Assembly: GCA_002633005.1 (NCBI GenBank)
Contig: NMRA01000255.1
Span: forward strand, 511,689-575,688
Origin: Phoronis australis
Taxonomy: Eukaryota > Animalia > Phoronida
DNA length: 64,000 nucleotides
Direction of reading: 5' to 3'
The notes under the pieces are model-generated. The model was given only the letters and a program-made list of their open reading frames with translations. It ran no database searches and was not told where the DNA came from. Both the position numbers and the translations under genes were made by a program. Shown piece by piece: positions 40,201 to 53,505 of this stretch (position 1 is its first letter; each line of letters starts with the position of its first letter).

Positions 40201-41738
40201 CTGTTCCGAAGGTTCACTTCTCCGAAGATTCACTGCTCCGAAAATATCTAAAATTTCGGACTCAGGTCTAATTTTTGTATTTTTACATGCAAAAATAAAC
40301 GATACTTCGGTTATTAGATGCACTGCGTGGTGTAGCTATACCGAAAGTAACGCCTAGGTACTAAAGCAAACTTTGTTTGGATTTCGTATGCATGAGAATT
40401 GCGCGCATATGTGATGAATACCGAAAAATATGCACGTACTTGCATTTTAAAAAAAAATATGAATTAGGAATATTGATGAATTATCAATCGCGATACATTC
40501 ATCAAATCCATGTCAAGATTGCATCATTTAACAACCGTGTACCTATACTGAAAACAATACCCGGGTACTAAAGCACTTTGCTTTTGGTTTTTATGCGCAT
40601 GTGAAATTGAGCGTATATCTTATGAATACGGAAAAATGAGTACGTACTTGCATTTTGAAAAGAATATGAAGTTGGAATATTGATGAATCAACCACGATAC
40701 ATTTACCATATCCATGTCAAGATAGCTTCATTTCACAGTGCTATTAAAGTTTAGGACCGCTGCGCCTCAACCTCACCCACCGAAACCACGCTGCTATGTA
40801 GCTTAGCTAGGCATAAACATCTGCCTCTTCTAGACTCCCTTGTTGCCCTATGTTGTAGCAACCACGCGCGTTCAATGCCGACAGAAATACAGGATAAAAC
40901 CCCTCTAATCGTCTGCCCGATCCTGTCATATATGCAAACACCACCCGGGTGAAGTTGGCCAGGCACTGCCTGATGATTACGTGAATCAGAAGCAAATTCA
41001 AATTTATTACTAAGTTAATTATAATTGTAGTCAGTAGTGCCAGTAACTGCATAAATTCTGTTGTTGTCCATTTATATCCTATCTTCAACGGATAGACTGG
41101 GGCTGGACCCCTTTTTCGCGGGGGTTCGCTCGAACTCCCGGACCCCTTCCCCCCACCCGGCTACGGGCTTGCAAGGCCCCACGACAGGGTAATCGAAGTA
41201 GCTAAGCTTACAGCGCTTTAAAACATCAATAGCAAGGCTTTGGCTGTAATGAGAAGCGACCGCGATGGGGGTGTTAACCAATCTACAATATGCATTTGGT
41301 GCATGAGCCCGCATGATTTATCTAGCTTGAGGACCCAGAAAATGTAGATCCGTAACCGTGTATTGAACCGTATTTTTATTTGTATTGCAGGACAATCGGA
41401 CCAGCAGTTTGCAATGCAGCCTCTAGAGTAGGCGCCATGTTGGCGCCCTTGTTGACAGAGCTGCATCAAGTTTCACCGCTCATTTTCCTTACTTAACATT
41501 CGGAACAACTACATTTGTAGCTATCATCTGTATCCTTATGCTGAAGGAAACAAAAGATCAAAGTATGCCGGACTATCTTCCTCCGCCAAATAAAGAAGAG
41601 CCAATATCAGAGATGGAGGTCGAAATTGCGGTTGTTGACGGCGATACAATGTTACAATCTGATCAGCAATTATATGCCAAAGAAACCGAGTCAAAAGGCG
41701 GAGTTAATAATCCATCAAACGAAGTCACTGCTTTTTAA
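28273..41738 (+). CDS. SLC22-family organic cation/carnitine transporter (MFS), 7 coding exons; apparent frameshift in the last exon
   Basis: GT-AG phase-consistent exons: 28273-28641, 29947-30368, 31998-32240, 35174-35305, 36568-36650, 38318-38432, 41391-41738. Motifs IGSFGLFQ, SEWNLVC, GDLIGRK, RDWR, FVPESARWL, VYYGLSF, FGRK, SEHYPTVVR, SRVGAMLAP and LKETKD..MPD. Confidence 0.9.
30403..31035. mobile_element. Palindromic MITE in SLC22 intron
   Basis: Termini ATGGAAAGCC ... GGCTTTCCAT with ~240 bp diverged inverted arms containing AATTTATCACGCCAG subrepeats. Confidence 0.75.
38450..38701. mobile_element. hAT-like MITE with 5-bp TSD
   Basis: Termini CATGCGCGCAC ... GTGTGCGCATG, flanked by GTCAA (38445-38449, 38702-38706). 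Confidence 0.7.
38710..39008. mobile_element. CAGTGGCGGAT-type MITE
   Basis: Termini CAGTGGCGGATTTAGG ... CCTGGATCCGCCCCTG with near-TSD AAGAT/TAGAT. Confidence 0.7.
40160..40735. repeat. 16-bp tandem repeat followed by a ~210 bp tandem duplication
   Basis: About five units of TCCGAAGGTTCAC-like sequence, then GGTACTAAAGCA...CCATGTCAAGAT twice. Confidence 0.7.
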
Positions 41739-43615
41739 CAGTGAACGTCTTAGGATCAGTATCAGAATGAATATGTTACTTTAAGTTTCGGATTTCATTA
41801 GTTTAACTTCTTCTTCCCCCGAGTTCAACTTATGTCGAATTAACCCCCACAGTGTTTGAGTGATAGAATTTGTTACATAACAAATTAACATGCATTCCTA
41901 CTAAGTCAAGTTTCAACAACCCACCATACATAGGTTTAACCGAATATCTTGGCCGGATTTTAAATTTTGAAATAAAATTTCACAACGCTCAATCATTATT
42001 TGTTCATTGTTTGATTTTAGAGTATCTAGAGGTTAGCTTGTATGCTGTTTTAAAATGGACAGCTTTCTACAGAGCAGGTTTTTCAAATGGGTTCCTGTGA
42101 CCGTGACGACGGATGACAATGCCGTTCGAGAGGTTCCAACTACGTAATTCGCAACTATGTCCTATTTCCTCTGTACCCTAACCGGATTTTCAAGAAATTT
42201 GGCAAATATGTTTCGATTTAGGAGACAACGAGACCTTCCCCGGCATTTTAGGAGAGTTGAGGTTCCATATGCACTCCGGTGGCCTGTGTTTTATTTTCGA
42301 GCCTTCAGTTTTCTTTTGTTTTTTTTTTGGCGTCCCCGCAGGGTTATCCATCCAACAGTTCTAAGAGTCCGGTTTGCAGTTGTGTTTTTACTGACAAAAG
42401 AACTGCTGATGTTTATTTTCGGACGAGTGAAACTACAAGTTCGATTATAGCTTTTTCTTGTGGCTCAATATCTACAGAGTTTCTCATGGATCTTCATGAA
42501 AAGCCACGTTAGACCCATCGATGGAGGGAAGTACAACCGACGTCGATTTTGGGTCGAATCCTACAGTTTTGACTTTTTTGCGTTTGACTCAATATCTGTC
42601 TAGTTCTTCAATGAATATTTATGAAACTTGGCTCATACGTTCCTGTCATTATGAAATTCAACTTATGCGAACTTGGGGAGGAGAACGACACTCTGTCGTT
42701 GATTTTCGGACAGATACACTTACTATGGCGTCCCCTATTGGCGATTTTTGCGCTTGTCTACTTTTTACCTTCTAGTGTCATAGCAGACTAGGCGGTTCCA
42801 ATTTATTCCGGCACATGATTTGTCGAAGAAACTTCGTTGAGTAACTTATCAACGAAGGATGTTCTCAGAGCACAGATTGACTCCCACGTCACAACAATGT
42901 TGACGCCCATTGGTTAAGGACAACATTCATTCATAATCCCAGGGGCATAGAACACTAGTTCTATGGTTCGTAATAGATGCGCAACACTGCGGCGATCAGA
43001 CTAGTCAATTCGCGTGACTTTCCAAATTGTCCAAAACTTGACCAATTTCGGCGACTAATCTCTTATTGCCTGTACGAGGCTACCCGAGTACTGTGATGTA
43101 CCTTCATAACATTTGCCGCTTACTGATCCTTGTGAAGAATTGAACGTCCCTTGAGTGACAGCTAAACCCCTTGTGGCACAAAGTTTTTTTTGCTGGTACG
43201 TTTGTATAATGTGTGGAAATATCCGTATGTTATGCAGCTCTCGGTTACGACACACCCACTCTCCTGCCCAAGCCATGGGAGAAACCTTTGGGAAATTTAG
43301 CACTTGTGTTTCTGTTACAGATCAGATGACATCTCCCAATTTTCGGACAAAGGTCACTAGTGCTGCGTCTTGCAGCGGCATTTTTTGTCCACCTCAGAAT
43401 CTTCCAACCTGATTATTCCATGTTCGGGTAATTCAGCTTTCATGGACCAATTACTTTGCGCCCCCTAGAGGCTATTTTAAGTTAATTAGTAATGCACCTC
43501 CAAATAGAAATGTTTTAACCATAGTTTCTTGTGTCCGTATTGTTTACGATGCACCAATTGATGAATATCAATGCTCTGGGTAGCTCTTGATGTTTAGTCC
43601 TTACAACGAAATCAG

Positions 43616-44016
43616 AGCCCGGTCTCTAATCTTTGTACTCGAAACGAACTCGAAACTATTTTTGGCAATTTCACCGCTCCTTTTGTGCGAACTTAAGATA
43701 ATTGGTTATCAGACTGTGCTCGAATACATCATAGTTTATGCATAGGAGTTTCTAGTTCAAGTTTGCCCTTGAAGACCCTTATATTCATGCTACAAACTCG
43801 AGTAAAAACTCGAAATTTCGAGTTCAAACTCGAACTTATTGCTTTAATATTGGGTTTACAAACTGTGAACTAAGGGCAATAAATTATCTATGTAAGTTAT
43901 TGTGTACTCCAGCATAGAATAATAGACACTTATCTTGAGTTCGCCCAAAAGTAGAGTAGAAAATGCCAAACCTAATTTCGAGTTCCATTTTGAGTAAAAA
44001 GATTGGAGACCGGGCC
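43616..44016. mobile_element. PIF/Harbinger-type palindromic MITE
   Basis: Termini (A/G)GCCCGGTCTC(T/C)AATC ... GATTGGAGACCGGGCC, long inverted arms, and CAG TSD (43613-43615, 44017-44019), consistent with a CWG target. Confidence 0.75.
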
Positions 44017-44029
44017 CAGATTACCACAA

Positions 44030-44635
44030 TGTGAAACCTTCAAACTGCACTAAATTGACATTGTTTCAACCTGTGATCCCAACAAAATGAACACACAAGG
44101 TACACACAATTGGATGAAAGAAAATGAAATCTCGAAAATCCCATCAACGCGACAGATTCAGTTGCATAAAACTGAACCTCATACGATTACACTCATCTGG
44201 ATAACAGCAATCACACACTACTGCAGGCAAAGTTACAATTGTTGAACAATGCTTTGACCTACGGAACCGTGAGTAATAACCTAAGTTACACAATGGATGT
44301 TTTCTTTCAAATGCATGACCAGTGACTGCTTGGCATGTAATCATCTCAACTGACAGGATGCTCAGCTGATTGATGAAGACAGAGAAACTGACAAATGCAG
44401 CATTAAAAGAATCAACGAGGCTATTCGGATAAGGTAGTGTGTTTTAACATGCCAACTGAAATTGTCATGAACAGAGTCAAAGAAGTTACAAGTTATCGCG
44501 GGCTTCGAATTTCCTGATCACCACCCCACCTAGTGGTCATTAACTTCTGAAGATGGCTGTTGTGATAAGCTGAAACTGTTTTAAAAGAGGTGATTAACTC
44601 AACAGGTTGTGTCTCAAGAACTTGTCAAGTATTTG
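44030..44635 (+). mobile_element. Decayed Penelope-like element 3' end
   Basis: Frameshifted translation gives ...CNHLN*QDAQLID..RETDK...RINEAIRIR...VMNR...SYKLS, resembling the GIY-YIG C-terminal region, followed by a hammerhead motif. Confidence 0.6.
44543..44586 (+). ncRNA. Minimal hammerhead ribozyme motif (Penelope type)
   Basis: CTGAAGA-T-GGCT-(9 nt loop)-AGCT-GAAAC-TGTT has both conserved boxes intact and lies right after the GIY-YIG remnant. Confidence 0.55.
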
Positions 44636-45527
44636 AAACTCTAACATTTTGTCCATTTAGTCATCAAAAAGAAATATCATCAACATTTAAAGAAAATTAC
44701 TGTACTTAAATTTAATTCCATCTAAAAATTACAAATTACAAATGAATCCATTCAGTACCAGTTAAGATGTCGCTAAAGTTCCATAAATGGAATGCTACAT
44801 ATATGTCTGGACTCAATATAATAAGTTTAAAGAACACCACATAAAAATAAAACAGTGACACCAGTACAAATAATGTTGTGAACAGGTCCAGCCTGCTTTT
44901 CATGATTAAATAATGGAGAATACATCGAAGAACGCTGTGACTCAGCTGCCATCACTTGTGAACATTGATACACATTATACACCAGCTGTCATAACTCGCA
45001 AAAGTCTTTAATTCATAAAGTTTGAGAAATGAAATTTTGAGTGCCCGTGTTCTTGCTGCTCACCCAGTGATCTCAAATAAACAAACCATTATGCACTCAC
45101 ACCTTTCCCTGAAAACTGGATTCGTTTTCCATAACTTTGATAAAAACTAAAACATCATATCAGTTGTACTAATGAACATAATTAGCTCCAAAAGAATGAA
45201 AAATACTTTAGGGTTAAAAAGAACCAATATCTCACATTTTCATGAAAAGGCTAAATGAATCCAACCTAGATTCATTGTCACAAACTGTTGAGATATCCTA
45301 ATTTTGAGCTGAGTTCTAGCTCACTGTCATCATACAACAATATTGTAATTCTTCCAAGAATATCAAAGTACCACAACATGACCACTGTATGCAGGAGATC
45401 CCCGTCTGTTACACAGTTTCATCGATGTATCTCGTAATGCTCCAGCAGGGGTCACTGCAGCCCTAAAAGTACCAAATCTCCAGTTTTCTTCTGCATAAGT
45501 GCCACGAGACCTTGACACAAACTTTTC

Positions 45528-48500
45528 TCATGAAATGCTACAAGATTTTGATTCATTGTCCTCAAACTCCTCATCGTCACTTGGTAACCTGGGTATATTG
45601 TCCAGGACACGGAGAGAGGGAAGTGCTTGGAATATCCTAAAAATGGAAACACAGCACCAGTTATACCACAACAGGAGTTTCTGACAGTAAACACTATATA
45701 TTTGGAAAAAGCAATATTTTTACCTTCCATGAACAACAAATGTATGCCCAGGTACTTCTTTAAAAACATGGGCCTATAAACACAAAATGTGCTGGCAATA
45801 CTAATGTGAAAAGAAGATCAATATCTGTAGTTATAAGACTTTACATTAGCAATGGTATGGTTCAGTTTATTTCGTAGATAAGCCAAAAATGTGCTGAAAT
45901 AAACTATGTCCTCGTAAGACACCCGCTGACAATGTCATTTTCGGAAACTCTACAAATCATGGAAATTTTTTATTGTTGTTTCTAATATAGGGCCATGCAA
46001 AATTCCTGATACATAAGACATGTTTAGAAATGGATTTCTAATGTTTTCCCAGTTCAACAACTGATAATAAGTTTGGATTTGACATTCGTAGTGGCAAGAA
46101 GAAAACTTAGTCAAATTGTCAGTGGGATTCCACTGTAAAAACTGGAAAGTGGAGGACCTTGAAGGGCTTCTGCACATTAGTTTTCCATGAAGCTTGATAG
46201 AGATTCAAACGTTGAAAACACTGCCAACAACTGGAACAACTCAAGTTTGTGGGAGAATTCGAATTGACAACAGGCAGAATGTAAGTTTGGATAATTTTGT
46301 AAACAACCTCAAAGTTTTAAATAATGATGACTTCAGGTCAAAACGACTCAATCCATATACACTCGATGCAGAAAGAAGCAGAAGTCTGAGTTGTTCCTGC
46401 ACCCTGACCTCACCTTTGTCGGTAATTTTCCAGGAATGTGATGGGGTTACCACTCAAATCCAGAAGCAGTAAGTTGGTCATTTTTTTAAGATGCTCCAAA
46501 CCCCTTAATGACTGGATGTTGTTGTCAGTTAATATCAACTGCTCCACCTGAAGCATTCTGGGTAACCTAGCGAAGGCATCCAGGTGGTTTCCAGACATGT
46601 TGATTATTTTACAGCTGAAAGTAGTCACGAAAATTGTATTAAGCCACAACACAAACAGAAAACAAATACTAGGCATTGACAGATAGAACACTTTATCTGA
46701 AGCCATTAATCAAGTCATGGGCAACTTGATTTGTGCCAAGTGCTTGTCTGCAGTCCTATTGAATTGAAAAGTTATGCAACACTAAACTGGTGTTAACACA
46801 TATAAGAAAATTGATGATTTTTAAATAAAAAGTATGAGGAGTAAGATAAGCAAGTCCCAATATTCACTTGACATAGAAGTATAAAAGAGTTTGTGGAGAC
46901 AGTTTGAGATTCATAGATCCTTATAATTGAAAAAATGTTCATTGAAATTATAGACACATGGTGAACAGAGACACCTGGTGGCTGCCAAAAGTATTGTTCA
47001 CAGGCTACTTTAATTTTTGACAATGTTGGACAAGACAACTAGTTCTTGTCTGTCAATCATCTAAGTTCTTAACAGGTCCTCCGGGAGGCAATTTGTTTGC
47101 AAGTGTTGGATTTTATATTTTAACCTATTAAAAATAATTAAAAAATTATGGGTCATGGGTTGGAGAAATAAATGAAAAATATGGGCGGTGGGTACGAAAT
47201 AAAAGTGCCTTCCCCCCCTCCCATACAGATTTTGCTGGAACAGCCCTCATTAATTTTAGATACAAATACACTTCAAATGTTTTGTTTGTTTTGTTTTAAG
47301 TATCGAACATAGCCTGTGACACTACCTGACTCAAGGTAAACATGTCATTATAGTTCAATACAAATTTGAACAGAAGTATAAAATGTTCACAAATGTTAGC
47401 TGCCTGAACATCATCACGTACTGACATAAGTTCAACAAACTTAGGGTGTCAAGTTAAACAACTTTCTCTTGAGTTTTCAAGTAGTTGCTATTTCTAAAAC
47501 TATTCTCATATGTGTTATACAGTCGCTTGTAACATGTCACGAGTGTCACCAGTTGTTAAGTGTGCAGTCAAGAACAGACACTTAAAAATTTAATATCACT
47601 AAAATGCCAAATTTCCAAGCACTTGACGAGGATGAACAGTGGGAAGCAGTGAAAGTTACAGAACACGGAGAAATAGTAACACAGTTGTTTTGTTAACTAG
47701 GTGGGCTACGAGACTTTAACCACTGACGACGTTTACGAAGATGAACTAAGAATTGTGTGTCACAACTCAAAGTTCACGGCTCTAAATCGAGAAGCACTGT
47801 GTACTTGAGCCTTACTACGACATGGCAACAGGTGCATTACATGACCTGTGGTGCCCGAACGAATTTCAGTTAGTAACGTCACCACCATGTCTTCATTTCC
47901 TTACAGAGTATTATTTTAGCACCACTGGCCACATACTTCACCTTTGCCATACTATTGTCAAATACTTTAACTGAATAACTACAAGAACTCGAACTTTCGA
48001 TGTGATAGTAATGATTTGAAGATAGAAAATAACTCACTTAACAGCTATTTTGATATTTACATGTAAATTGATGGTCAAGTGCTTACTTCACGAGTTGTAA
48101 CTTAACATTATAAAATATTTCATATAACATTAACATCCCTGGAAAAATATGGAGTAAGCAAATTCAGTTGTTAAAACTGATGCATGTTACTTGCGATGAG
48201 GTATTCATCACTTCACTTCCTAACATTGACAGCTTGAATTTTAGTCTCAATGATGAAAAAAATCAAAATTCATAAAAAGTTGAAGTCAGCAACACGCATT
48301 CAGTGTGATAGAAAGTAGGCTTGGCTCCCTGGTCTGTCCAGTTCTGGTGGGGCAAAGCTCATAATATACAAAGTCATGAGCTCTGAGGCTCAATGACCAT
48401 GACCATCCATTAAATTGCTTATTAAGAGATATGATGAACTCAGCTGGATTTTCTTAGTGTTCACACAAAACCTGTGTCATTTCTGGGATATGCACACATT

Positions 48501-50428
48501 TGGTGGAGCCTTAAAAGAGCCAATGGGCTTGTTACGTCAGGAACCACCATTTATTTCACAGTTTACTATCAATAGGACAATAACATCAAGGACCACATTT
48601 TCACCCATTCCTTTTTGAATCACATACCACGGAAAGCTGAGAGACTGTAGATCAACCATCATGTTACACATGATGTTAATTTCCACGGCACGGCAGAGTC
48701 TTCGAAGAATTCTCACAAAGTTGGCCTTCTGGAAATCTTCACTCAGGTTTTGATAGGAAAGATTACACATCTAAAATAATGGATAAGCGAGCATTATGTA
48801 TTTACTGATCACTACAACAGTGACAGTGTGTAATAAAGATGTTCCACAAGCTGCAATAATAAAGTCAAGAGTTTTCTATATTTATCTCAGAAGCATCCTT
48901 ATCATTGATTGACACTAGAGAAGCCTTCTCTTGTCTACAACTGTTTTTCTGCGATAACCAATAGGTGTTTCTCACAGCGGAATGGTACTGGATATCCTTG
49001 TGGTCCAACAGGTAAACAGAAACAAAAACAGGGATGGGTCTAACAGCTACATGTATGTCAGTTTGCAACCAGCAAATGACTGTGTGAAAGTCAATAAGGT
49101 ATTCATCTACTCAATAGGTATATAACGGATGGGCACCAAAGAAATGTACATACCACTGTGAGTAATATAACATTCACTAACACGTTATGTTTCAGTAATA
49201 GGGTTTAGGGGATTGTAGCTGTTACAGTAATTATTTCCACCCCTGCTGATATCTATGACTGGTATGCAATTTCAATGTCATATGCACAACATAACTGCAT
49301 GTAACACATATCAATATCCATTTAAGTTGCGATTCTATCAGTAAATTTCATAAAAGCTCACTTCAACATTTTCCCAGTTTTCCATCTCATTTTGGTAGTC
49401 TCTCCGCTCCCTTCCTTTCAGGTCATGATGTATTAATGCACCCTGACTGTTCTCCAAAGTATAAAACATCCTTTCCTTGACTGAAGGACTCTCTCTCACT
49501 CTGGGTGCCTTGAGGTCATTTCCCCTGAGTTTAGCTAATCGAAGCTCATGCCAGTTGGTGAACTTGTATCTGTTGCTTGGCAACTGAAAATTAAAAGTAC
49601 TACTACAAAACCAGTAAACAGATGGGATCGTCCTACTTTAAATAAACATAATTTTTGTTTTTGCTAATAAACTAAACATAAAAGTACATAGTAGATGCAG
49701 CATAAGTTGCCTGCTCCATGTCTTTATCTGAAACATGTTATTAAGAATAAATTATAAATTTCTGAGTGCTTGTGAACCTACTCAACCGTATAACTACATG
49801 TAATCTGAATGTTCAGGCCCAGGGCAGTGTGAACCAACAGATATTTGAAGAATCTGCTGTTAATTCCTCAATCAAAAAACTCATTAACAGACACGTTGAG
49901 GAAATCCGCTCAGAATCATCACAGTTTTTAAAATCATCAACATCATTACCTTGCTACTAAAAAAGGACTTTGATGACAATATCAAGATCATAACTATTAC
50001 CCGTATCTGTTACTAAAAAATATCTGGTCAAATGTGCATTGCACTCATTCACTTACAATATCATGACCTCTGTAGGCAAACCTTAGACTTACCAATGGCA
50101 TCAGTCCAAAAAAGAATTAGAGAACAATTACAGGATTCACAGACCAAACAAATATAACGGAAATGTGCATGATGACATGCGTGTTATCACTCAGCAGTAG
50201 TGGTACTTACAGGGTGTAAAATCTGATTGCCGTCACTTCGAGCCTGTTCATCTTTGTATGAGCTGGTGAGAACCAGGGGTAGATTGGTGCCACTGATGTC
50301 AGTCTGACTAGAGTCACCAGTCTGGGCACTGGTGCCACCTTCTGTGATAGAGCTGAAACAAACATGGTCTCCAGTTTCACACCGGATGCGGGACACACTG
50401 GATGTGACACAAACCACGACACTCAATT
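45528..50428 (-). CDS. Uncharacterised leucine-rich-repeat protein with LRRcap and C-terminal CaaX (CSIS); 5' end uncertain
   Basis: Phase-consistent exons 50428-50211, 49583-49362, 48770-48628, 46614-46414 and 45636-45528. LRRs INMSGNHL, LILTDNNIQSL and LDLSGNPI, then LRRcap NYRQRIFQALPSLRVLD, ending ...ESKSCSIS*. The start codon lies further upstream (candidate M-F-S mini-exon 53123-53114, unverified). Confidence 0.8.
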
Positions 50429-52592
50429 CTAGGCAGTTCAGGAAAATGGAAAAGCAAGAGGGCTATGTTAAATATGAAATCATGTCTTCATAAATCATCG
50501 GCAGGAGGATGTTTAATGATGACTATTGTGATGCGATTTGGTCCCCCAAATACGAATAGAAATGCATTCATGTCACATTTGGAAAATTTAGCAGCTTTTG
50601 CACTTTTTACAATTCAAGTAATCACAGGGGCGATTTTGCACTCCAAATTTTTGCAAAATTATATGTTTTGATTAATCGGCGAGGTCCAACAATTGCACCC
50701 ATTGTATGCTCCTAGAGAGTTGGAAAGGATTCAAGATCCATAGCCAGGTTATGAAAATCTGGCCTGATGGTCATTGCTTTCAATTTCGACATTTTTATTC
50801 ATTGGACTGGATCCAAAATGTCAAAATGACATTCGAATTGACACTTGAAGAGCACCTGTTACTTGGGCTTTGCATGTGAACAAGGCCAGGCTTTGGCTTT
50901 TAAAACAGCCATGCATTGTCCTTTTGAAAAATAAAATTGTTACACAGTATGAAATGCTGTGGTAGACTTTAGACCTGGTAAATGTCAATTTCAACAATCC
51001 ATTCAAAAATCCACTGTGATGTCCATTGTGACCACTGGCATTGACGACATACGTAACGTGGATGGACTATAACTAGCAAGGGAAGGTGGAAAAAGTTAAA
51101 GTACGAGTACGGATTTAACCTCATTTGTTTGGCAATTTTTTTTTCATAGCTTCTTTTTTACGAGCTCAAGTCTGGAAATTTATACGAATGGCAAATAAGC
51201 GATTACCGGTATTTTAGAGCAGATACTTTCGCCTGCTTACAACACTAGCACATCAGGCAAGTTGATTTCCAGCCAGCACCAGGCCTCTTGTGTGATCAAA
51301 TCACATACTGAAATCCAACAATTGGGGTTTCCAGGCTGTCTCTCTTTTCTACTACAAGAGTCAGACTGATCACAGCACACCATAAATTTTGTAACTTTAC
51401 AGCACATTCCTTCAGTACAGGATTCATGTTAGGCATGTTCCCTGTATCACTTGGGCATTAATCTTAAAACTCTTGTTCGCCTCATTGTAGTGGTAGGCAA
51501 TATTCAGTCTGGGTTAGTGGAAACATACCCATTTTGCCCATAGCGTATACCAAATTAGAAGAATTTGCAATTTTGGACATTCCAAATTGAAATGCACAGG
51601 CACCAGCTTATACTGATATGTAAATGATCATCGTTACTTGGTCTGGTCAGGTCTTGTTACTCTGAGACAGCATAACAGGCATTGGTCCACAACTTGGAAG
51701 AAAGGAAAATTCAGCTTGGATCTCAGTGTCCTAAAACTGATAGAAGGTTTTTATCATGTATCCAAGACAGCAGCACAATAATATTTCTAAACAAACCCAG
51801 AGCTTCAAGATTTATGGGAAATTGCTACAAAGCAACATGAACACTGAAGGAAAAATCAAACATTTACCTTACTGACATGCTGAACTAAACGAACTGATTT
51901 CTTTCTTTACATGTTCCTCTGTCTTGTATCAACTGTAGAAAACAAAAATTGTTTAAAGCCACATAAGAATAAATACACTGGATTTTGTATTTTTTTGAAG
52001 TTTGGTAGCAATATTAATGTGAAAATCAAGGTAATGAAACATCATGAAATGCAACACTTGAATAAATAAGAGATTTAATGGTTCAGCAATAGTTCAAAAG
52101 ACAGATGGCCCTTGAGCAGTATACTAGGATTAAAATGGATCATGTTGGAAATGACAGAATGCTGTCAATCACACTGCTCAGGTAATCCCAAAGGGTTGAC
52201 CAATGTGTTCGGGGTTCTTGATTCAAGTTAGATGACGTGACGTAATTTTTGAATTGTGAAAATGGTAAAATAAAAACTGCAGTGGGGCCTAGCTCAACAA
52301 AAAATATGGTAGGGGCTTGCAGGTTAAGACTCCTTAATTCTGCACTCTATAGTTACAACTCAGTGACATGATGACAGTCAAAAACAGAGTAAGTAAGCAA
52401 GTAATTTAAAAACGTTTATTTTTAAATTGAGCATAGCAGCTCAAAATTTAACCGTGATGGTTAAATTTGAGTGTGGGCTCATATGCCCCACTGTAAGCTG
52501 TGTAAAAATGACCAGTTAATAGTGTAGGCAACTGAACAAAAGACTGTTGGAAAAAAGTGGGAGGGCTTTAAACAGTCGAATACATAGTCATA

Positions 52593-52685
52593 GGTCCCTG
52601 ATTTGAGGACCAGATACTCCCACTGAATAACGGATGTTATTCAGTGGGAGTAAATGGTTCTCGTATCAATTTCAAATCAGGGACC
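52593..52685. other. Long nested hairpin (MITE remnant or pre-miRNA-like)
   Basis: Perfect 17-bp inner stem TACTCCCACTGAATAAC-GGAT-GTTATTCAGTGGGAGTA and perfect 14-bp outer stem GGTCCCTGATTTGA/TCAAATCAGGGACC. Confidence 0.7.
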
Positions 52686-53384
52686 GACCTATCCGACTTT
52701 TACCAAAAAGTTTGTAGTATTTGTAGAGATCCGACAGCATCCCAGGCCAAGCCCGGCCAAGGTGTCGCCTCAACTCAAGGACAATGGTGCTAAAGGTTCA
52801 CTTACAGCAACATGACATTGATGGTTTAATCAGTGTGAGACATAATTTGACGCAACGGTTCTGGCCTATATGGCAACCCTATCGGATTGCCACCGTATAG
52901 TATTGGGGACACTTGAGAGGGTGGTACTGTTGTCTAGTGACTCTAGTGTTGAGTGTCGGTTAGTCTGAGAATGAGTCGGTCAGTGAAATGAGTGACAGCG
53001 TGATTAATGTTCTTACGGCTTCGTCGTTTTTTTGGAGTTCATTGAGGGCAATACCATACGTTGGACTGCATGGGAAGCAATTGAATAGAGCTACTCCACA
53101 GTCAGCATTTTACCTGAGAACATCTTGACATGAAGACCCTTCCTCAAGAACACTTGTGATTGACGTCAGATCCCTAGACTACAACCAAGCTTTTATAGAC
53201 CTTAGCTGTCGACTTTTTGTATCTTGTATACTCTCATTCTCGGTTTTGCATAATTTGAAGGTCTTTTGCCATACTAAAAAAGCAAAAAACAGTAAAAAGT
53301 AACAGATTATTTTTTTAAAAGTGACATTTTACTCAACTGAAATAAAATTACATGTGCTTTATTTTCGAGCAAATTAGACTTTCT

Positions 53385-53435
53385 AAACGGAAGTGGTAAC
53401 CACTGCGCATGTTTTCGACAAAAAATACTTCCGAT
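53385..53435. promoter_or_regulatory. Putative bidirectional promoter (ETS/GABP and NRF1-like sites)
   Basis: CGGAAGTG at 53388-53395, TGCGCATG at 53404-53411 and opposite-strand ACTTCCG at 53427-53433, located between divergent ATAD3 and LRR genes. Confidence 0.55.
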
Positions 53436-53505
53436 TTTCGTCAGGGAGGCACGTGTGGGTTCGGATATTTAATATTTTTTTGTAAATGTCGACAGGGTAA
53501 AAGAC

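Noticed and set aside
42060-42777. Possible second Helitron-like element ending in CTAGT
   Set aside because: Sub-TIRs and a 3' hairpin could not be convincingly identified.
51868-51932. Possible coding exon of the LRR gene
   Set aside because: It has plausible splice sites, but the frames hit stops or do not join the downstream frame. At most it is a UTR or alternative exon.
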